The position numbers and the translations under genes are program-made. Shown in pieces: positions 19,904 to 30,921 of a stretch of 64,000 nucleotides of DNA. Source of the stretch: an uncultured Chloroflexia bacterium (GTDB lineage: Bacteria > Chloroflexota > Limnocylindria > QHBO01); assembly GCA_963814375.1 (NCBI GenBank), contig CAWFCQ010000008.1, forward strand, positions 256,001 through 320,000, given 5' to 3'. The stretch's first letter is position 1; every line of letters begins with the position of its first letter. Below the pieces are notes generated by a model. The model did no database searches, was not told the DNA's origin, and was given only the letters and a program-made list of their open reading frames with translations.

Positions 19904-20245
19904 ATGCGTGTCTCCGCCACGGGAAAGTACATCCGCATCAGCTCCCGCAAGGTGCGGCTGGTGACCGACCTCATCGCCGGCAAGCCGGTCGAGGAGGCAG
20001 CGGCGATCCTGCGCTTCCTGCCGAACGCGGCAGCGAAGGACGTGGCCAAGGTGCTGAAGAGCGCCACCGCCAACGCCGAGAACAACTACAACCTGTCGGC
20101 CGACGAGCTGCGCGTGGTGAGTGCGGTGGCCAACGAGGGACCGACCCTGAAGCGTGGGCGACCGCGCGCACAGGGCCGCTACTTCCAGGTGCTCAAGCGA
20201 ACCAGCCACATCACCGTCGCCGTGGCTGACCGAGAGGAGTCGTAA
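19904..20245 (+). CDS. rplV: 50S ribosomal protein L22
   Basis: ISSRKVRLV; PRAQGR; KRTSHITV. Confidence 0.97.
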   Translation: MRVSATGKYIRISSRKVRLVTDLIAGKPVEEAAAILRFLPNAAAKDVAKVLKSATANAENNYNLSADELRVVSAVANEGPTLKRGRPRAQGRYFQVLKRTSHITVAVADREES

Positions 20246-21475
20246 ATGGGTCACAAGGTTCACCCGTACGGCTTCCGGATCGGCATCATCAAGCCCTGGC
20301 TGGCGAAGTGGTACGCGGACCGCGACTACGCGACCCTGCTCCAGGAGGACATGCGGATCCGGGAGCTGGTCGCACGCCAGCTGTCGAACGCCAGCGTCAG
20401 CCAGGTCGAGATCGAGCGCGGCATCAACCACGTCACCGTGACGGTGCACACCGCCAAGCCCGGGATCGTCATCGGCAAGGGCGGGGCGAACGTCGAGGCG
20501 CTGCGCACCAACGTCGGCAAGCTGACGGACAAGAAGGTCAAGCTCGAGATCAAGGAGATCCTGCAGCCCGAGCTCGACGGCATGCTGCTGGCCCAGAACG
20601 TCGCCGGTCAGCTCGAGCGCCGAATCGCGTTCCGCAAGGCGATCAAGCAGTCGATCCAGCGCACGATCAAGGCGGGCGCCAAGGGCGTGAAGATCCAGGT
20701 CTCGGGTCGCCTCGGCGGCTCCGAGATGAGCCGGACCGAGTGGGACCGCGAGGGTCGCATCCCCCTCGGCACCCTGCGCGCCGACATCAGCTACGGCGTC
20801 GTCCATGCGCATACAACCTACGGACGCATCGGCGTCAAGGCGTGGGTCTACCGTGGCGAGCAGCTCGGCGATCGACCGGGCAGCGCTCGGACCGAGCCCC
20901 GCGCCGCGCGCCGTGGGGCGGCGCCGACGCGCACGCGAGCCGCAGGCCGTGAGTCGGGCCAGGCTGCCGAGGCGGCTGGGGCCACCGCAGCGATCGAGCC
21001 GATGACGGCGACGCCGGAGGCAGTGGCCCCCGTGACCGCCGCGGCCGAGGCACCGCCGATCGATGCAGCTCCCATCGCGGCGCCGGCCGCCGCGGAGCCG
21101 ATGCTCACACCGACCGACGTCTCCGACGAGACGCCAGCGGCCGTGGCCGAGCCGGTGGAGAGCGCTGCCGCCGAGGCGGAAGTCCCCACGGCGGAAGTCG
21201 CCGTCGCGGAGGTCGCTGCCGAGGCTCCGGCCGAGGAAGCTGTTCCGGCTGCCGACGCGCCGACCGCCGCTCCGGCACGCAAGCCGCGGACGAGGACGGC
21301 GAAGGCCGAGACGGCGGCGAAGGCCGAGAAGCCTGCCCGGGCCGAGAAGGCGACGAAGGCCGAGAAGCCGCCGACCACGCGCAAGCCGCGTGCAGCCAAG
21401 GCGGCTGTGCCCAAGGCATCCGAGGCGAGCGCACCCGAGGCAGCAGCCGACGAGCCCAAGGGCGAGGAGTCCTGA
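20246..21475 (+). CDS. rpsC: 30S ribosomal protein S3 with about 200-aa low-complexity C-terminal extension
   Basis: [15 protein letters not shown] motif [21 protein letters not shown]; tail begins after WVYRGE. Confidence 0.97.
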   Translation: MGHKVHPYGFRIGIIKPWLAKWYADRDYATLLQEDMRIRELVARQLSNASVSQVEIERGINHVTVTVHTAKPGIVIGKGGANVEALRTNVGKLTDKKVKLEIKEILQPELDGMLLAQNVAGQLERRIAFRKAIKQSIQRTIKAGAKGVKIQVSGRLGGSEMSRTEWDREGRIPLGTLRADISYGVVHAHTTYGRIGVKAWVYRGEQLGDRPGSARTEPRAARRGAAPTRTRAAGRESGQAAEAAGATAAIEPMTATPEAVAPVTAAAEAPPIDAAPIAAPAAAEPMLTPTDVSDETPAAVAEPVESAAAEAEVPTAEVAVAEVAAEAPAEEAVPAADAPTAAPARKPRTRTAKAETAAKAEKPARAEKATKAEKPPTTRKPRAAKAAVPKASEASAPEAAADEPKGEES

Positions 21476-21478
21476 CCG

Positions 21479-21907
21479 ATGCTGATGCCAAAGCGGGTCA
21501 AGCACCGCAAGGTCCAGCGTGGTCGCCGTGCCGGTCTGGCGAAGGGCGGCACCACGGTCAGCTTCGGCGACTTCGGCCTGATGGCCGAGGAAGTCTGCTG
21601 GCTGACCAGCCGCCAGATCGAGGCCGCTCGCCGCGCCATGACCCATCACATCAAGCGTGGTGGCCGCGTGTGGATCCGGGTCTTCCCGGACAAGCCGGTC
21701 ACGAAGAAGCCAGCCGAGGTCCGGATGGGCTCGGGCAAGGGCGCGCCGGACCATTGGGTCGCGGTGGTCAAGCCCGGCCGGGTCATGTTCGAGATGTCGG
21801 GCGTGTCGGAGCAGATCGCCCGCGAGGCGATGCGCCTCGCCGGCCACAAGCTTCCGATCACCACGCGGTTCGTCATGAAGGAGGGCCTCGAGCATGGACA
21901 TCAGTGA
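21479..21907 (+). CDS. rplP: 50S ribosomal protein L16
   Basis: [11 protein letters not shown]; VRMGSGKG. Confidence 0.98.
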   Translation: MLMPKRVKHRKVQRGRRAGLAKGGTTVSFGDFGLMAEEVCWLTSRQIEAARRAMTHHIKRGGRVWIRVFPDKPVTKKPAEVRMGSGKGAPDHWVAVVKPGRVMFEMSGVSEQIAREAMRLAGHKLPITTRFVMKEGLEHGHQ

Positions 21908-22121
21908 GGTTCGAGCCCTCTCGGACAAGGATCTCGAGGGCGCGCTGCGAGACGCGAAGCAGGAGCTATGGAAGGTCCGCTTCGACCTCGCCACGCGACA
22001 GGAAAGCAACTACAGCAGGCTGCCGGCGACCCGCAAGCGGATCGCCCGCATCCTCACCGTGATGACCGAGCGTCAGCACGCGGCCGAAGCGGCCGCCGCT
22101 GATGCCGAGAAGGCCAGCTGA
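21894..22121 (+). CDS. rpmC: 50S ribosomal protein L29
   Basis: [10 protein letters not shown]; position after rplP. Confidence 0.95.
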   Translation: MDISEVRALSDKDLEGALRDAKQELWKVRFDLATRQESNYSRLPATRKRIARILTVMTERQHAAEAAAADAEKAS

Positions 22122-22405
22122 TGCAGGGCAAGCGAAGAAGCAAGGTTGGACGCGTCGTGTCCGACAAGATGGACAAGACCGTCGTGGTCAGCGTCGAGCG
22201 GCTGCGGAGGCACCCGATCTACAAGCGGGTCGTCCGCCTCAGCAGCAAGTTCAAGGCTCATGACGCCGAGAACACGGCACGCGTGGGAGACACCGTGCGG
22301 ATCGAGGAGAGCCGCCCGCTCTCCCGCGAGAAGCGCTGGACCGTGGTCGAGGTCGTCGCGCGCGGCTCCAGCGAGGAGCTGATCGACGGGACGGAGCAGG
22401 CATGA
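22121..22405 (+). CDS. rpsQ: 30S ribosomal protein S17
   Basis: [14 protein letters not shown]; [11 protein letters not shown]. Confidence 0.97.
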   Translation: MQGKRRSKVGRVVSDKMDKTVVVSVERLRRHPIYKRVVRLSSKFKAHDAENTARVGDTVRIEESRPLSREKRWTVVEVVARGSSEELIDGTEQA

Positions 22406-22770
22406 TCCGGAAGCAGAGCAGGCTGCGCGTGGCCGACAACTCCGGCGCGCGAACGATTCAGTGCATCACCATCATCGGCCGCTCGACCAGCGACACGGCG
22501 ATGGTCGGTGATGTGATCGTCGCCAGCGTCAAGCAGGCCCTGCCGAACTCGGGCGTCAAGAAGGGTGATGTCGTGCGGGCCGTCGTGGTGCGCACCACCA
22601 AGGAGTACGGCCGCCCGGATGGCAGCCACATCCGCTTCGATGAGAACGCGGCGGTCCTCATCACCCCGCAGGGCAGCCCGCGCGGGACGCGAATCTTCGG
22701 GCCGGTCGCCAGGGAGCTGCGCGAGCGGAACTACATGAAGATCGTCTCGCTCGCCCCGGAGGTGCTCTAG
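22402..22770 (+). CDS. rplN: 50S ribosomal protein L14
   Basis: VADNSGA; [13 protein letters not shown]; SLAPEVL. Confidence 0.97.
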   Translation: MIRKQSRLRVADNSGARTIQCITIIGRSTSDTAMVGDVIVASVKQALPNSGVKKGDVVRAVVVRTTKEYGRPDGSHIRFDENAAVLITPQGSPRGTRIFGPVARELRERNYMKIVSLAPEVL

Positions 22771-23106
22771 ATGAACGTGCGAAGGGGCGACACCGTCCTC
22801 GTCCTGGCCGGCAAGGACCGCGGCAAGCGCGGCACCGTCGAGCGGGTCGAGAAGACGAAGCGAGGCTTCGGTGTCGTGATCCCCGGAATCAACATGGCGA
22901 AGCGCCACCAGCGAGCGCGCTCGCGGACGCAGACGGCCGGGATCATCGACATCCCGGTGCCGATCCACGTCAGCAACGTGCAGGTCATCTGCCCGCGATG
23001 CAACAAGCCGACGCGCATCTCGCACGGCCGGCTCGAGGGCGAGCATGCCCGCGGCACGCGCATCTGCAAGCAGTGCGGCGAGCAGATCGAGGTGACCTCG
23101 AAGTGA
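22771..23106 (+). CDS. rplX: 50S ribosomal protein L24
   Basis: [16 protein letters not shown]; PIHVSNV; CxxC...CxxC. Confidence 0.96.
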   Translation: MNVRRGDTVLVLAGKDRGKRGTVERVEKTKRGFGVVIPGINMAKRHQRARSRTQTAGIIDIPVPIHVSNVQVICPRCNKPTRISHGRLEGEHARGTRICKQCGEQIEVTSK

Positions 23107-23759
23107 GCGCCAACGAGACGAAGACCACGCGCGCACGCCGCGCCGCGCCGACGAAGAGCAAGGAAGCCGCGTCGACCAACGGCGCGTCCGGCGGTGCGGC
23201 CTTCAGCCCGCCCGAGTACGCCGGGCTGCGGCGCCGATACCACGACGAGGTCGTGCCGGCCCTCCAGCGCGAGTTCAGCTATCCCAACCCGATGGACATC
23301 CCGCGGGTCGAGAAGGTCGTGGTCAACATCGGCCTGGGAGAGGCGATCGCCAACGCCAAGGCGCTGGACGCCGCGGTCGGCGACCTCGCCACCATCACCG
23401 GGCAGAAGCCGATCGTGACGCGCGCGAAGCGCAGCATCGCCCAGTTCCGGCTGCGGACCGGCATGCCCATCGGCGCCAAGGTGACGCTGCGCGGCCAGCG
23501 GATGTACGACTTCCTCGAACGCACGCTGGCGCTCGCGCTGCCCAGGATCCGCGACTTCCGGGGCATCCCGACGCGCTCGTTCGACGGCCGCGGCAACTTC
23601 AGCCTCGGGCTTCGGGAGCAGCTCGTCTACCCGGAGATCGACTACGACAAGATCGACCGCCTGCGCGGACTCGAGATCAGCATCGTGACGACGGCAAAGA
23701 CCGATGAGGAGGGGCGAAAGCTCCTCGAGCTCCTCGGCATGCCGTTCCAGAGCGCCTGA
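23103..23759 (+). CDS. rplE: 50S ribosomal protein L5 with N-terminal extension
   Basis: [10 protein letters not shown]; LPRIRDFRG; GTGA overlap with rplX suggests the start. Confidence 0.95.
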   Translation: MSANETKTTRARRAAPTKSKEAASTNGASGGAAFSPPEYAGLRRRYHDEVVPALQREFSYPNPMDIPRVEKVVVNIGLGEAIANAKALDAAVGDLATITGQKPIVTRAKRSIAQFRLRTGMPIGAKVTLRGQRMYDFLERTLALALPRIRDFRGIPTRSFDGRGNFSLGLREQLVYPEIDYDKIDRLRGLEISIVTTAKTDEEGRKLLELLGMPFQSA

Positions 23760-23797
23760 CGGCGTCATCGGCAGAGGAAGGACTCAAGCACGAACTG

Positions 23798-23983
23798 ATG
23801 GCAAAGAAGTCGAGCATCGCCCGGACCAAGCGCGGAACGCGCTACGCCGTGCGCGATCACAACCGATGCCAGGTGTGCGGCCGCCCGCGCGGCTACATGC
23901 GCCGATTCGCGATGTGCCGAATCTGCTTCCGGGAGCGTGCCCTGCTGGGCCAGCTGCCGGGCGTGACCAAGTCGAGCTGGTAA
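23798..23983 (+). CDS. rpsN: 30S ribosomal protein S14, type Z
   Basis: 61 aa; RCQVCGR...CRICFR; PGVTKSSW. Confidence 0.97.
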   Translation: MAKKSSIARTKRGTRYAVRDHNRCQVCGRPRGYMRRFAMCRICFRERALLGQLPGVTKSSW

Positions 23984-24093
23984 GGCTCGCAGAACCAATC
24001 GACGTCCGTCGTCGCTGACGGCCGCCATCAGCGGAAGGCGCCACCCGGGAACGCCGGGAGCGAACCGCCGCCGAGGAGACGAACGAACACCGA

Positions 24094-24492
24094 ATGAACG
24101 TGACCGATCCGATCGCCGACATGCTGACGCGCATCCGTAATGCGAGCGCAGCCCGGCACAAGGAGCTCAGCCTTCCATCCTCCCGGGTCAAGCGAGAGAT
24201 CGCGCGGATCCTGGCCGAGGAGGGCTTCATCGATGCCTTCGAGACGCAGCCCGACGACGTCCAGGAGCAGCTGACGCTGCGCCTGAAGTACGTCGAGGGT
24301 CGCACCCCGGTGGTGACCGGCCTGAAGCGCATCAGCAAGCCCGGTCTGCGGGTTTACGCTCGCAAGACCGAGATCCCGCGCGTGCTCGGTGGTCTCGGGC
24401 TATCCATTCTCTCCACCTCCCACGGGATCATGACCGGCGCAGACGCCCGGAAGCAGAATCTCGGTGGCGAGGTTCTCTGCTACGTCTGGTAA
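24094..24492 (+). CDS. rpsH: 30S ribosomal protein S8
   Basis: [12 protein letters not shown]; SKPGLRVY; GGEVLCYVW. Confidence 0.98.
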   Translation: MNVTDPIADMLTRIRNASAARHKELSLPSSRVKREIARILAEEGFIDAFETQPDDVQEQLTLRLKYVEGRTPVVTGLKRISKPGLRVYARKTEIPRVLGGLGLSILSTSHGIMTGADARKQNLGGEVLCYVW

Positions 24493-24503
24493 GGAGCGAG
24501 CGC

Positions 24504-25052
24504 ATGTCACGAATCGGACGAATGCCGATTCCGCTCCCGGACGGAGTGGAGATCACGCAGGACGGGAGCACCCTCCGCGTCAAGGGCCCGCTCGGCCAGC
24601 TCGAGCGCCGGCTCCATCCGGAGATGCGCGTCGAACGCGAGAACGGGGAGCTGCGGGTCGTGCGACCCAGCGACGAGCCGCGCCATCGGGCGCTGCACGG
24701 CCTGACGAGGACTCTGGTCAACAACATGGTCACCGGCGTCACGAGCGGCTTCACGAAGAACCTGGAGATCAGCGGCGTCGGCTATCGCGCCCAGCTCCAG
24801 GGCTCCAAGCTGGTGCTGGCGCTCGGCTACTCGCATCCCGTCGAGGTCGACCCTCCGGCCGGGATCGAGTTCCGGGTGGAAACCCCGACCCGCCTCGGCG
24901 TCTTCGGCGCCGACAAGGAGCTAGTGGGGCAGATCGCCGCATACATCCGCTCGCAGAGGAAGCCCGAGCCCTACAAGGGCAAGGGCATCCGCTACGCGGG
25001 CGAGCAGATCCTCCGCAAGGCCGGCAAGGCCGGCAAGGTCGGGGGAGCGTAA
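24504..25052 (+). CDS. rplF: 50S ribosomal protein L6
   Basis: MSRIG; [11 protein letters not shown]. Confidence 0.98.
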   Translation: MSRIGRMPIPLPDGVEITQDGSTLRVKGPLGQLERRLHPEMRVERENGELRVVRPSDEPRHRALHGLTRTLVNNMVTGVTSGFTKNLEISGVGYRAQLQGSKLVLALGYSHPVEVDPPAGIEFRVETPTRLGVFGADKELVGQIAAYIRSQRKPEPYKGKGIRYAGEQILRKAGKAGKVGGA

Positions 25053-25062
25053 GGACAGACCG

Positions 25063-25416
25063 ATGACGAACGCATCCCGCGACGCACTGCGTCGCAAGCG
25101 CCACGCCCGCCTTCGGCTCCGCATCAGCGGCAGCGCGGAGCGGCCGCGCCTGTCGGTCTTCCGCAGCGCGAAGTACATCTATGCCCAGGTGATCGACGAC
25201 CTCAGCGGACGGACGCTGGCTTCGGCGTCAAGCCGCGAGCCCGATCTCGCCGGCGAGACGCCCGTCGACGTCGCACGATCGGTCGGCCGCACGCTCGCTG
25301 AGCGGGCGAAGGCGGCCGGCATCAGCGCGGTCGTGCTCGACCGGGGCGGATACCAGTACCACGGGCGGGTCCGCTCGCTCGCCGAGGGCGCCCGCGAGGG
25401 CGGCCTCAACCTGTAG
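25063..25416 (+). CDS. rplR: 50S ribosomal protein L18
   Basis: RPRLSVFRS; [11 protein letters not shown]. Confidence 0.98.
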   Translation: MTNASRDALRRKRHARLRLRISGSAERPRLSVFRSAKYIYAQVIDDLSGRTLASASSREPDLAGETPVDVARSVGRTLAERAKAAGISAVVLDRGGYQYHGRVRSLAEGAREGGLNL

Positions 25417-25435
25417 AGCGAGAGGAGACAAGCGC

Positions 25436-26026
25436 ATGGCACGGATCGATCCGTCCAAGCTCAACCTGGAGGAGAAGGTCGTCCAGATCAACCGGGTCGC
25501 CAAGGTCGTCCAGGGCGGCCGCCGCTTCAGCTTCAGCGCGGTGGTCGTCGTCGGCGACGGCAACGGCACCGTCGGCGCCGGGATCGGCAAGGCCGGCGAG
25601 GTGCCGGAGGCGATCCGCAAGGGCGTCGAGGACGCGAAGAAGCACCTGATCAAGGTGCCGCTCGTGGGCTCGACGATTCCGCACGAGGTGCATCGGCACT
25701 TCGGCGCGGCGCGCGTCATGCTCAAGCCGGCCAGCGCCGGCACCGGCGTCATCGCCGGGGGCTCGGTGCGCGCGGTCGTCGAGGTTGCCGGTATTCGGGA
25801 CCTCCTGAGCAAGGCCCAGGGCTCGACCAACCCGATCAACGTCGTGCGTGCCACGATCGAGTGCCTGACGGCGCTCCGGTCCGCCGACGCGATCGCCGCG
25901 CTGCGGGGCCGGACGGCCGAGGAGCTCCTCGGCAAGCGCGGCGCCGAGCTGGCCCGCACCCCGCACGAGGTGCCGGAGCGGCGCGAGCCGATGAACACCG
26001 GGTTCGGGGGTGGACGTGGCCGCTAA
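25436..26026 (+). CDS. rpsE: 30S ribosomal protein S5
   Basis: [16 protein letters not shown]; [12 protein letters not shown]. Confidence 0.98.
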   Translation: MARIDPSKLNLEEKVVQINRVAKVVQGGRRFSFSAVVVVGDGNGTVGAGIGKAGEVPEAIRKGVEDAKKHLIKVPLVGSTIPHEVHRHFGAARVMLKPASAGTGVIAGGSVRAVVEVAGIRDLLSKAQGSTNPINVVRATIECLTALRSADAIAALRGRTAEELLGKRGAELARTPHEVPERREPMNTGFGGGRGR

Positions 26027-26246
26027 GACACTGAAGGTCACCTGGGTCCGATCGACGATCGGGCACAAGGCGGCCGCGCGCGGCACCATCCGCGCGCTCG
26101 GCCTGCACCGGCTCCACCAGACCGTCGAGGTCGCCGACACGCCGATGATGCGCGGCATGCTGCGCCGCGTCGCCTTCCTCCTCGATGTCGAGGAGCCGGC
26201 AGGAACGCCCAAGGCGACATCGGCCGAGAAAGAGGAGACGAAGTGA
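26016..26246 (+). CDS. rpmD: 50S ribosomal protein L30
   Basis: [11 protein letters not shown]; TIRALGL; RGM. Confidence 0.93.
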   Translation: MAAKTLKVTWVRSTIGHKAAARGTIRALGLHRLHQTVEVADTPMMRGMLRRVAFLLDVEEPAGTPKATSAEKEETK

Positions 26247-26905
26247 AGCTCCACGACCTGCACCCGGCTCCCGGGTCGCGCAAGCCGTCGCGTCGCGTCG
26301 GCCGCGGCCACGGCTCCGGGCGCGGCAAGACCGCGGGGCGCGGCACGAAGGGCCAGAAGTCGCGTGCCGGTGGCAACCTGCCCGCCTGGTTCGAGGGCGG
26401 CCAGACTCCGCTCCACATCCGCACACCGAAGCTGCACGGCTTCCGAAACCGCGGGCGCGTGGCCTATGCGCCGATCAACCTCTCCCGGCTGGGCGAGGTG
26501 GCGAGCGGAACGCTCGTCACGCCCGAGGTGCTGGCGCACGACGGCCTGATCCGCGACACGAGCCTGCCGGTCAAGGTCCTCGGGGTGGGGGATGCCCCCA
26601 AGGGCATCACGATCCACGCGCATGGGTTCAGCAAGAGCGCGCTCGAGAAGCTGACGGCGGCAGGCTGCACCGTCCAGCGCCTCAGCTGGCCTGACAACGC
26701 TCCCGTCGAGCTCGAGAAGCCGAAGCGCCAGCCGAAGGCGAAGCGCGGCGGCAAGGCGGGGAAGGCAAAGAAGGCAGCCGCAGCGGCAGATGCGGACGAG
26801 GACGACGAGGCCAGCGCGCCCGCCGAGGCATCGGCTGAAGGCGAAGCGCCCGCCACCGACGAGACCGAGACAACGCCAGAGGGCGAAAGCGAGTCCGAGG
26901 CTTGA
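26243..26905 (+). CDS. rplO: 50S ribosomal protein L15 with basic-then-acidic C-terminal tail
   Basis: RVGRGHGSGRGKTAGRGTKGQKSR; FEGGQTPL. Confidence 0.97.
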   Translation: MKLHDLHPAPGSRKPSRRVGRGHGSGRGKTAGRGTKGQKSRAGGNLPAWFEGGQTPLHIRTPKLHGFRNRGRVAYAPINLSRLGEVASGTLVTPEVLAHDGLIRDTSLPVKVLGVGDAPKGITIHAHGFSKSALEKLTAAGCTVQRLSWPDNAPVELEKPKRQPKAKRGGKAGKAKKAAAAADADEDDEASAPAEASAEGEAPATDETETTPEGESESEA

Positions 26906-28188
26906 TCGAGACGGTCGTTACCGCCTTCCGCGCGCCGGACATCCGGCGAAAGCTCCTCTTCACGCTCGGGATCCTGGCGATCTTCCGTGCGCTGACGAAC
27001 GTGCCGGTGCCGAACGTGAACACGGCCGCCCTGACGGACCTCTTCACGAACAACCCGCTGCTCGGGATCCTCAACATCTTCTCGGGCGGTGGGCTGGCGG
27101 CGGCGTCGATCATTGGCCTCGGGGTGAACCCGTACATCAACGCCAGCATCATCATGCAGCTGATGCGGGGCGTGATCCCGGCCCTCGAGGAGCTCTCGCG
27201 CGAGGGTGAATACGGCCGCAACCGGCTCAACCAGTACACCCGCATGCTGACCGTGCCGCTGGCGTTCGCCCAGGGCTACGGGATCAGCGTGCTGCTCAGC
27301 GCGAACGGCGTGATCCCGGCGAACCCGCTGTTCAGCGTGGAGACCCTCAGCCTGCTGCTCAGCTTCACCGCCGGAACGATCCTGCTCATGTGGCTCGGCG
27401 AGCTCATCAGTGAGAAGGGCCTCGGCAACGGCATCAGCTTCATCATCTTCGCCGGCATCGTCGGCAGCATCCCGCAGCAGATCGGCCCCATCCTCTCCGC
27501 ACCCGATGCGCTGACGCGGATCATCCCGTTCGTGATCGTGGCGATCGTCGTCATCGCCGCCGTCGTCTTCATCAACGAGGGCCAGCGGCGGGTGCCCGTC
27601 CAGTACGCCAGCCGCGTGCGCGGCCGCCGCATGTACCAGGGCCAGACCCAGTACCTGCCGCTCAAGGTCACGATGGCCGGGGTGATCCCGATCATCTTCG
27701 CCGTCAGCATCCTGCTCTTCCCGGCGCAGATCGCGACCTACTTCACCGCCAGCGACATCGACTGGGTGCGAAACACGGCCACCTGGATCAGTGAGAACCT
27801 CAACGGCACGAACAACATCCCGCTGTACGCGTCGCTGTACTTCGGGCTGGTGGTCTTCTTCACCTACTTCTACACGGCGTTCCAGTTCCGTCCCGACCAG
27901 ACCGCCGACTATCTGCGCAAGAACGGCGGCTTCATCCCGGGCATTCGTCCGGGCAAGCCCACCGAGCAGTTCCTGGCACGCGTCACGAGCCGCATAACGC
28001 TCGGCGGCGCGCTGTTCCTGGGCTCCATCGCGATCCTGCCGTACATCATGACCGCCTTCATCCCGGGCACCCAGAACCTCCAGCTGGGCGGCACGAGCAT
28101 CCTGATCATGGTCAGCGTCGTCGTCGAGACGATGAAGCAGCTCGAGGCCCAGATGATGATGCGGCACTACGAGGGCTTCATCAGGTGA
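26902..28188 (+). CDS. secY: Preprotein translocase subunit SecY
   Basis: LGVNPYINASII; GLGNGISFIIF; FIPGIRPG; multiple TM segments. Confidence 0.98.
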   Translation: MIETVVTAFRAPDIRRKLLFTLGILAIFRALTNVPVPNVNTAALTDLFTNNPLLGILNIFSGGGLAAASIIGLGVNPYINASIIMQLMRGVIPALEELSREGEYGRNRLNQYTRMLTVPLAFAQGYGISVLLSANGVIPANPLFSVETLSLLLSFTAGTILLMWLGELISEKGLGNGISFIIFAGIVGSIPQQIGPILSAPDALTRIIPFVIVAIVVIAAVVFINEGQRRVPVQYASRVRGRRMYQGQTQYLPLKVTMAGVIPIIFAVSILLFPAQIATYFTASDIDWVRNTATWISENLNGTNNIPLYASLYFGLVVFFTYFYTAFQFRPDQTADYLRKNGGFIPGIRPGKPTEQFLARVTSRITLGGALFLGSIAILPYIMTAFIPGTQNLQLGGTSILIMVSVVVETMKQLEAQMMMRHYEGFIR

Positions 28189-28886
28189 CCGATGGGACGG
28201 TCGGCCGCGTCGCGCCCGACGAGCGCCTGATCCTGCTGCTCGTCGGCGCGGTCGGTACCGGCAAGGGAACCCAGGCCAAGGCCCTCTCGCGCGAGCTCAA
28301 GCTGCCGCACCTCGCCTCGGGCAACCTCTTCCGTGCCGCGATGGCCGCCGGCACGCCCATCGGCGAAGAGGCGCAGAAGTACATGCAGCGCGGCGAGCTC
28401 GTGCCGGACGAGATCACGATCGGCATGTTCATGGACGAGCTCGCCAAGCCCCACGCCGCGCGCGGCGCGATCCTCGACGGCTTCCCGCGCACCGTGGGCC
28501 AGGCGACGGCGCTGGACGAGACCCTCCACGCCGTGGGCGAGGAGGTCGATCGTGTGATCTTCATCGAGGTCCCCACCGACGTCATCATCCGACGCGTCGG
28601 CGGCCGCTGGGTCTGCCCGACCTGCAGCACCCCGTACCACGAGACCGCCGACCCGCCGCGCGTGCCGGGCATCTGCGACAGGGAGGGCACGCCGCTGCGC
28701 CAGCGCGACGACGACCGGCCCGAGGTCGTGCAGGCCCGCCTCGACCGCCAGGTGCCGCCGATGCTCGGGGTGATCGATCACTACGAGCGGACGGGGATCG
28801 TCGAGCGAGTGGACGGCACGGCGCCGATCGACGCGATCACCGCCGAGATCCTGCGCCGAATGGGCGTCCCGTCACCCGAGCGATGA
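28185..28886 (+). CDS. adk: Adenylate kinase with Zn-type LID
   Basis: GxxGTGKGTQA; LDGFPRT; CPTC...CD; QRDDD. Confidence 0.95.
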   Translation: MTDGTVGRVAPDERLILLLVGAVGTGKGTQAKALSRELKLPHLASGNLFRAAMAAGTPIGEEAQKYMQRGELVPDEITIGMFMDELAKPHAARGAILDGFPRTVGQATALDETLHAVGEEVDRVIFIEVPTDVIIRRVGGRWVCPTCSTPYHETADPPRVPGICDREGTPLRQRDDDRPEVVQARLDRQVPPMLGVIDHYERTGIVERVDGTAPIDAITAEILRRMGVPSPER

Positions 28887-29680
28887 CGAGGACCGGCGGC
28901 GCCAGCGCCGCGACCATCAAGCGTCCCGCCGAGATCGAGCGCATGCGCGCGGCGGGCACGATCCTGGTCGACATCCTCGACGTGCTGCGGGCCGAGATCA
29001 GGCCCGGGGTCAGCACCGGCGACCTCGACCGCATCGCCGCGGAGATGATCACCGACGCCGGCGCGGAGTCGTCGTTCCTCGGCTACGGCGGGAACCCACC
29101 GTTTCCCGGGGTGATCTGCGCCAGCATCAATGACGAGGTCGTCCACGGCATTCCATCGATGCGCCGTCGCCTCGCCGATGGCGACCTGGTCAGCATCGAT
29201 ATCGGCTGCATCGTCGACGGCTGGCATGCCGACTGCGCCCGCACCTGGCCCGTCGGCCGCGTGCCCCGCGAGGTCACCGAGCTCATCGACGCCACCCGGC
29301 GCGGGATGGAGGCCGGCATCGCGGCCGCCCGACCCGGCAACCGGCTGGGGGACGTCGGGCACGCGATCGAGTCGGTGGCGCACCTCCACGGCTACGGGAT
29401 GGTTCGCGCGTTCGTCGGCCATGGCATCGGCCGGGCCATGCACGAGGAGCCCCAGGTGCCGAACCACGGGCGTCCTGGCACCGGCCTGCTCATCGAGCCG
29501 GGAATGTGCTTCGCCATCGAGCCGATGTTCAACCTGGGCGGCGACGAGGTGTTCGTGGAGAACGACGGATGGACCGTTCGCACCGCCGATGGAGCCCTCT
29601 CGGCACATTTCGAGAACACGATCGCGGTGACCGACGACGGTGCCGTTCTCCTCACCGAGCGCCCCGTGGGCTCACCATGA
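28883..29680 (+). CDS. map: Methionine aminopeptidase type I
   Basis: SINDEVVHGIP; GHGIG; AIEPM; SAHFENT. Confidence 0.97.
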   Translation: MTRTGGASAATIKRPAEIERMRAAGTILVDILDVLRAEIRPGVSTGDLDRIAAEMITDAGAESSFLGYGGNPPFPGVICASINDEVVHGIPSMRRRLADGDLVSIDIGCIVDGWHADCARTWPVGRVPREVTELIDATRRGMEAGIAAARPGNRLGDVGHAIESVAHLHGYGMVRAFVGHGIGRAMHEEPQVPNHGRPGTGLLIEPGMCFAIEPMFNLGGDEVFVENDGWTVRTADGALSAHFENTIAVTDDGAVLLTERPVGSP

Positions 29681-29686
29681 CGCTTC

Positions 29687-29715
29687 TTGTGCCGGATCGG
29701 GCATCGAGGTATACT
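29687..29715 (+). promoter_or_regulatory. Promoter for infA-rpmJ-alpha operon
   Basis: TTGTGC, N17, TATACT. Confidence 0.55.
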
Positions 29716-29802
29716 CCCCGTTCGGGGTCGCCGTGGCGCGGCGGCCTTTCCGTGTGTCAATCCCCATTCATTGATCGATGCTGAGACGAGGGTGCGTGCC
29801 GC

Positions 29803-30021
29803 TTGCCAAAGAAGGATGCAATCGAGGTCGAGGGTGAGGTCGTCCTCCCCCTGCCGAACGCGATGTTCAAGGTGCGCCTGGAGAACGGGCACGAGGTGCT
29901 CGCACACATCTCCGGGAAGCTGCGCCAGAACTTCATCCGCATCCTCCCCGGCGACACCGTCCGCGTCGAGCTCAGTCCCTACGACCTCACCCGGGGTCGC
30001 ATCACGTACAGGATGAGATGA
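29803..30021 (+). CDS. infA: Translation initiation factor IF-1
   Basis: [13 protein letters not shown]; [15 protein letters not shown]. Confidence 0.98.
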   Translation: MPKKDAIEVEGEVVLPLPNAMFKVRLENGHEVLAHISGKLRQNFIRILPGDTVRVELSPYDLTRGRITYRMR

Positions 30022-30131
30022 AGGTTTCTGCCTCCGTGAAGCCCCGCTGCGAGCGCTGCAAGGTCATCAAGCGCTCAGGCGTGGTGATGGTCATCTGCGT
30101 CATTCCCAAGCACAAGCAGCGGCAGGGGTAG
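30018..30131 (+). CDS. rpmJ: 50S ribosomal protein L36
   Basis: Translated by hand: [37 protein letters not shown]. Confidence 0.96.
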   Translation: MKVSASVKPRCERCKVIKRSGVVMVICVIPKHKQRQG

Positions 30132-30138
30132 CGGCATC

Positions 30139-30510
30139 GTGGCTCGTATCGCCGGCGTCGACATCCCCCGCGAGAAGCGGGTGATCATCGGCCTCACCTA
30201 TATCCACGGCATCGGCCTCACCTCGTCGAAGAAGGTCATCACCGCGGCCAACGTGTCGCCAGACACGCGCGTGCGCGACCTCACCGACGAGGAGGTCAAC
30301 CGCCTGCGGGAGATCGTCGACCGCCAGTACAAGGTCGAGGGCGATCTGCGTCGCGAGGTCAGCCTGAACGTGAAGCGGCTGATGGAGATCGGCTCCTACC
30401 GGGGCCTCCGCCATCGGCGCAACCTGCCCGTCCGCGGGCAGCGAACAAAGACGAACGCGCGGCAGCGCCGTGGGTCGAAGAAGACGGTCGGCGTCCGCCG
30501 CAAGAAGTAA
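30139..30510 (+). CDS. rpsM: 30S ribosomal protein S13
   Basis: [10 protein letters not shown]; [13 protein letters not shown]. Confidence 0.98.
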   Translation: MARIAGVDIPREKRVIIGLTYIHGIGLTSSKKVITAANVSPDTRVRDLTDEEVNRLREIVDRQYKVEGDLRREVSLNVKRLMEIGSYRGLRHRRNLPVRGQRTKTNARQRRGSKKTVGVRRKK

Positions 30511-30522
30511 AACGGGAGTTCC

Positions 30523-30918
30523 ATGGTAGAGCGCAAGCGGGCTCAGCGCGGGAAGAAGCGCGAGCGAAAGAACGTTCCGGCTGGGCACGCGCATATCCAG
30601 TCGACGTTCAACAACACGATCGTCACGATCACCGACACCACCGGCAACGTCATCAGCTGGGGCAGTGCCGGCCTGGTCGGCTTCAAGGGCTCTCGAAAGA
30701 GCACCCCGTATGCGGCCGCCCAGACGGCCGAGCTCGCCGCGAAGCGCGCGATGGAGAACGGGATGCGCCAGATCGAGGTCTTCGTCAAGGGCCCCGGTGG
30801 CGGGCGCGAGCAGGCGATCCGCTCGCTCCAGTCCGCCGGCCTCGAGGTGACCGCCATCACCGACGTGACGCCGATCCCGCACAACGGCTGCCGCCCGCCG
30901 AAGCGGCGGAGGGTCTGA
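30523..30918 (+). CDS. rpsK: 30S ribosomal protein S11
   Basis: [12 protein letters not shown]; [13 protein letters not shown]. Confidence 0.98.
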   Translation: MVERKRAQRGKKRERKNVPAGHAHIQSTFNNTIVTITDTTGNVISWGSAGLVGFKGSRKSTPYAAAQTAELAAKRAMENGMRQIEVFVKGPGGGREQAIRSLQSAGLEVTAITDVTPIPHNGCRPPKRRRV

Positions 30919-30921
30919 GCC

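Noticed and set aside
28245-28335. Adk motif deviations (GAVGTGKGT, SGNLFR) as loss of function
   Set aside because: Key Lys and Arg residues and the canonical secY-adk-map position are retained; likely lineage drift.
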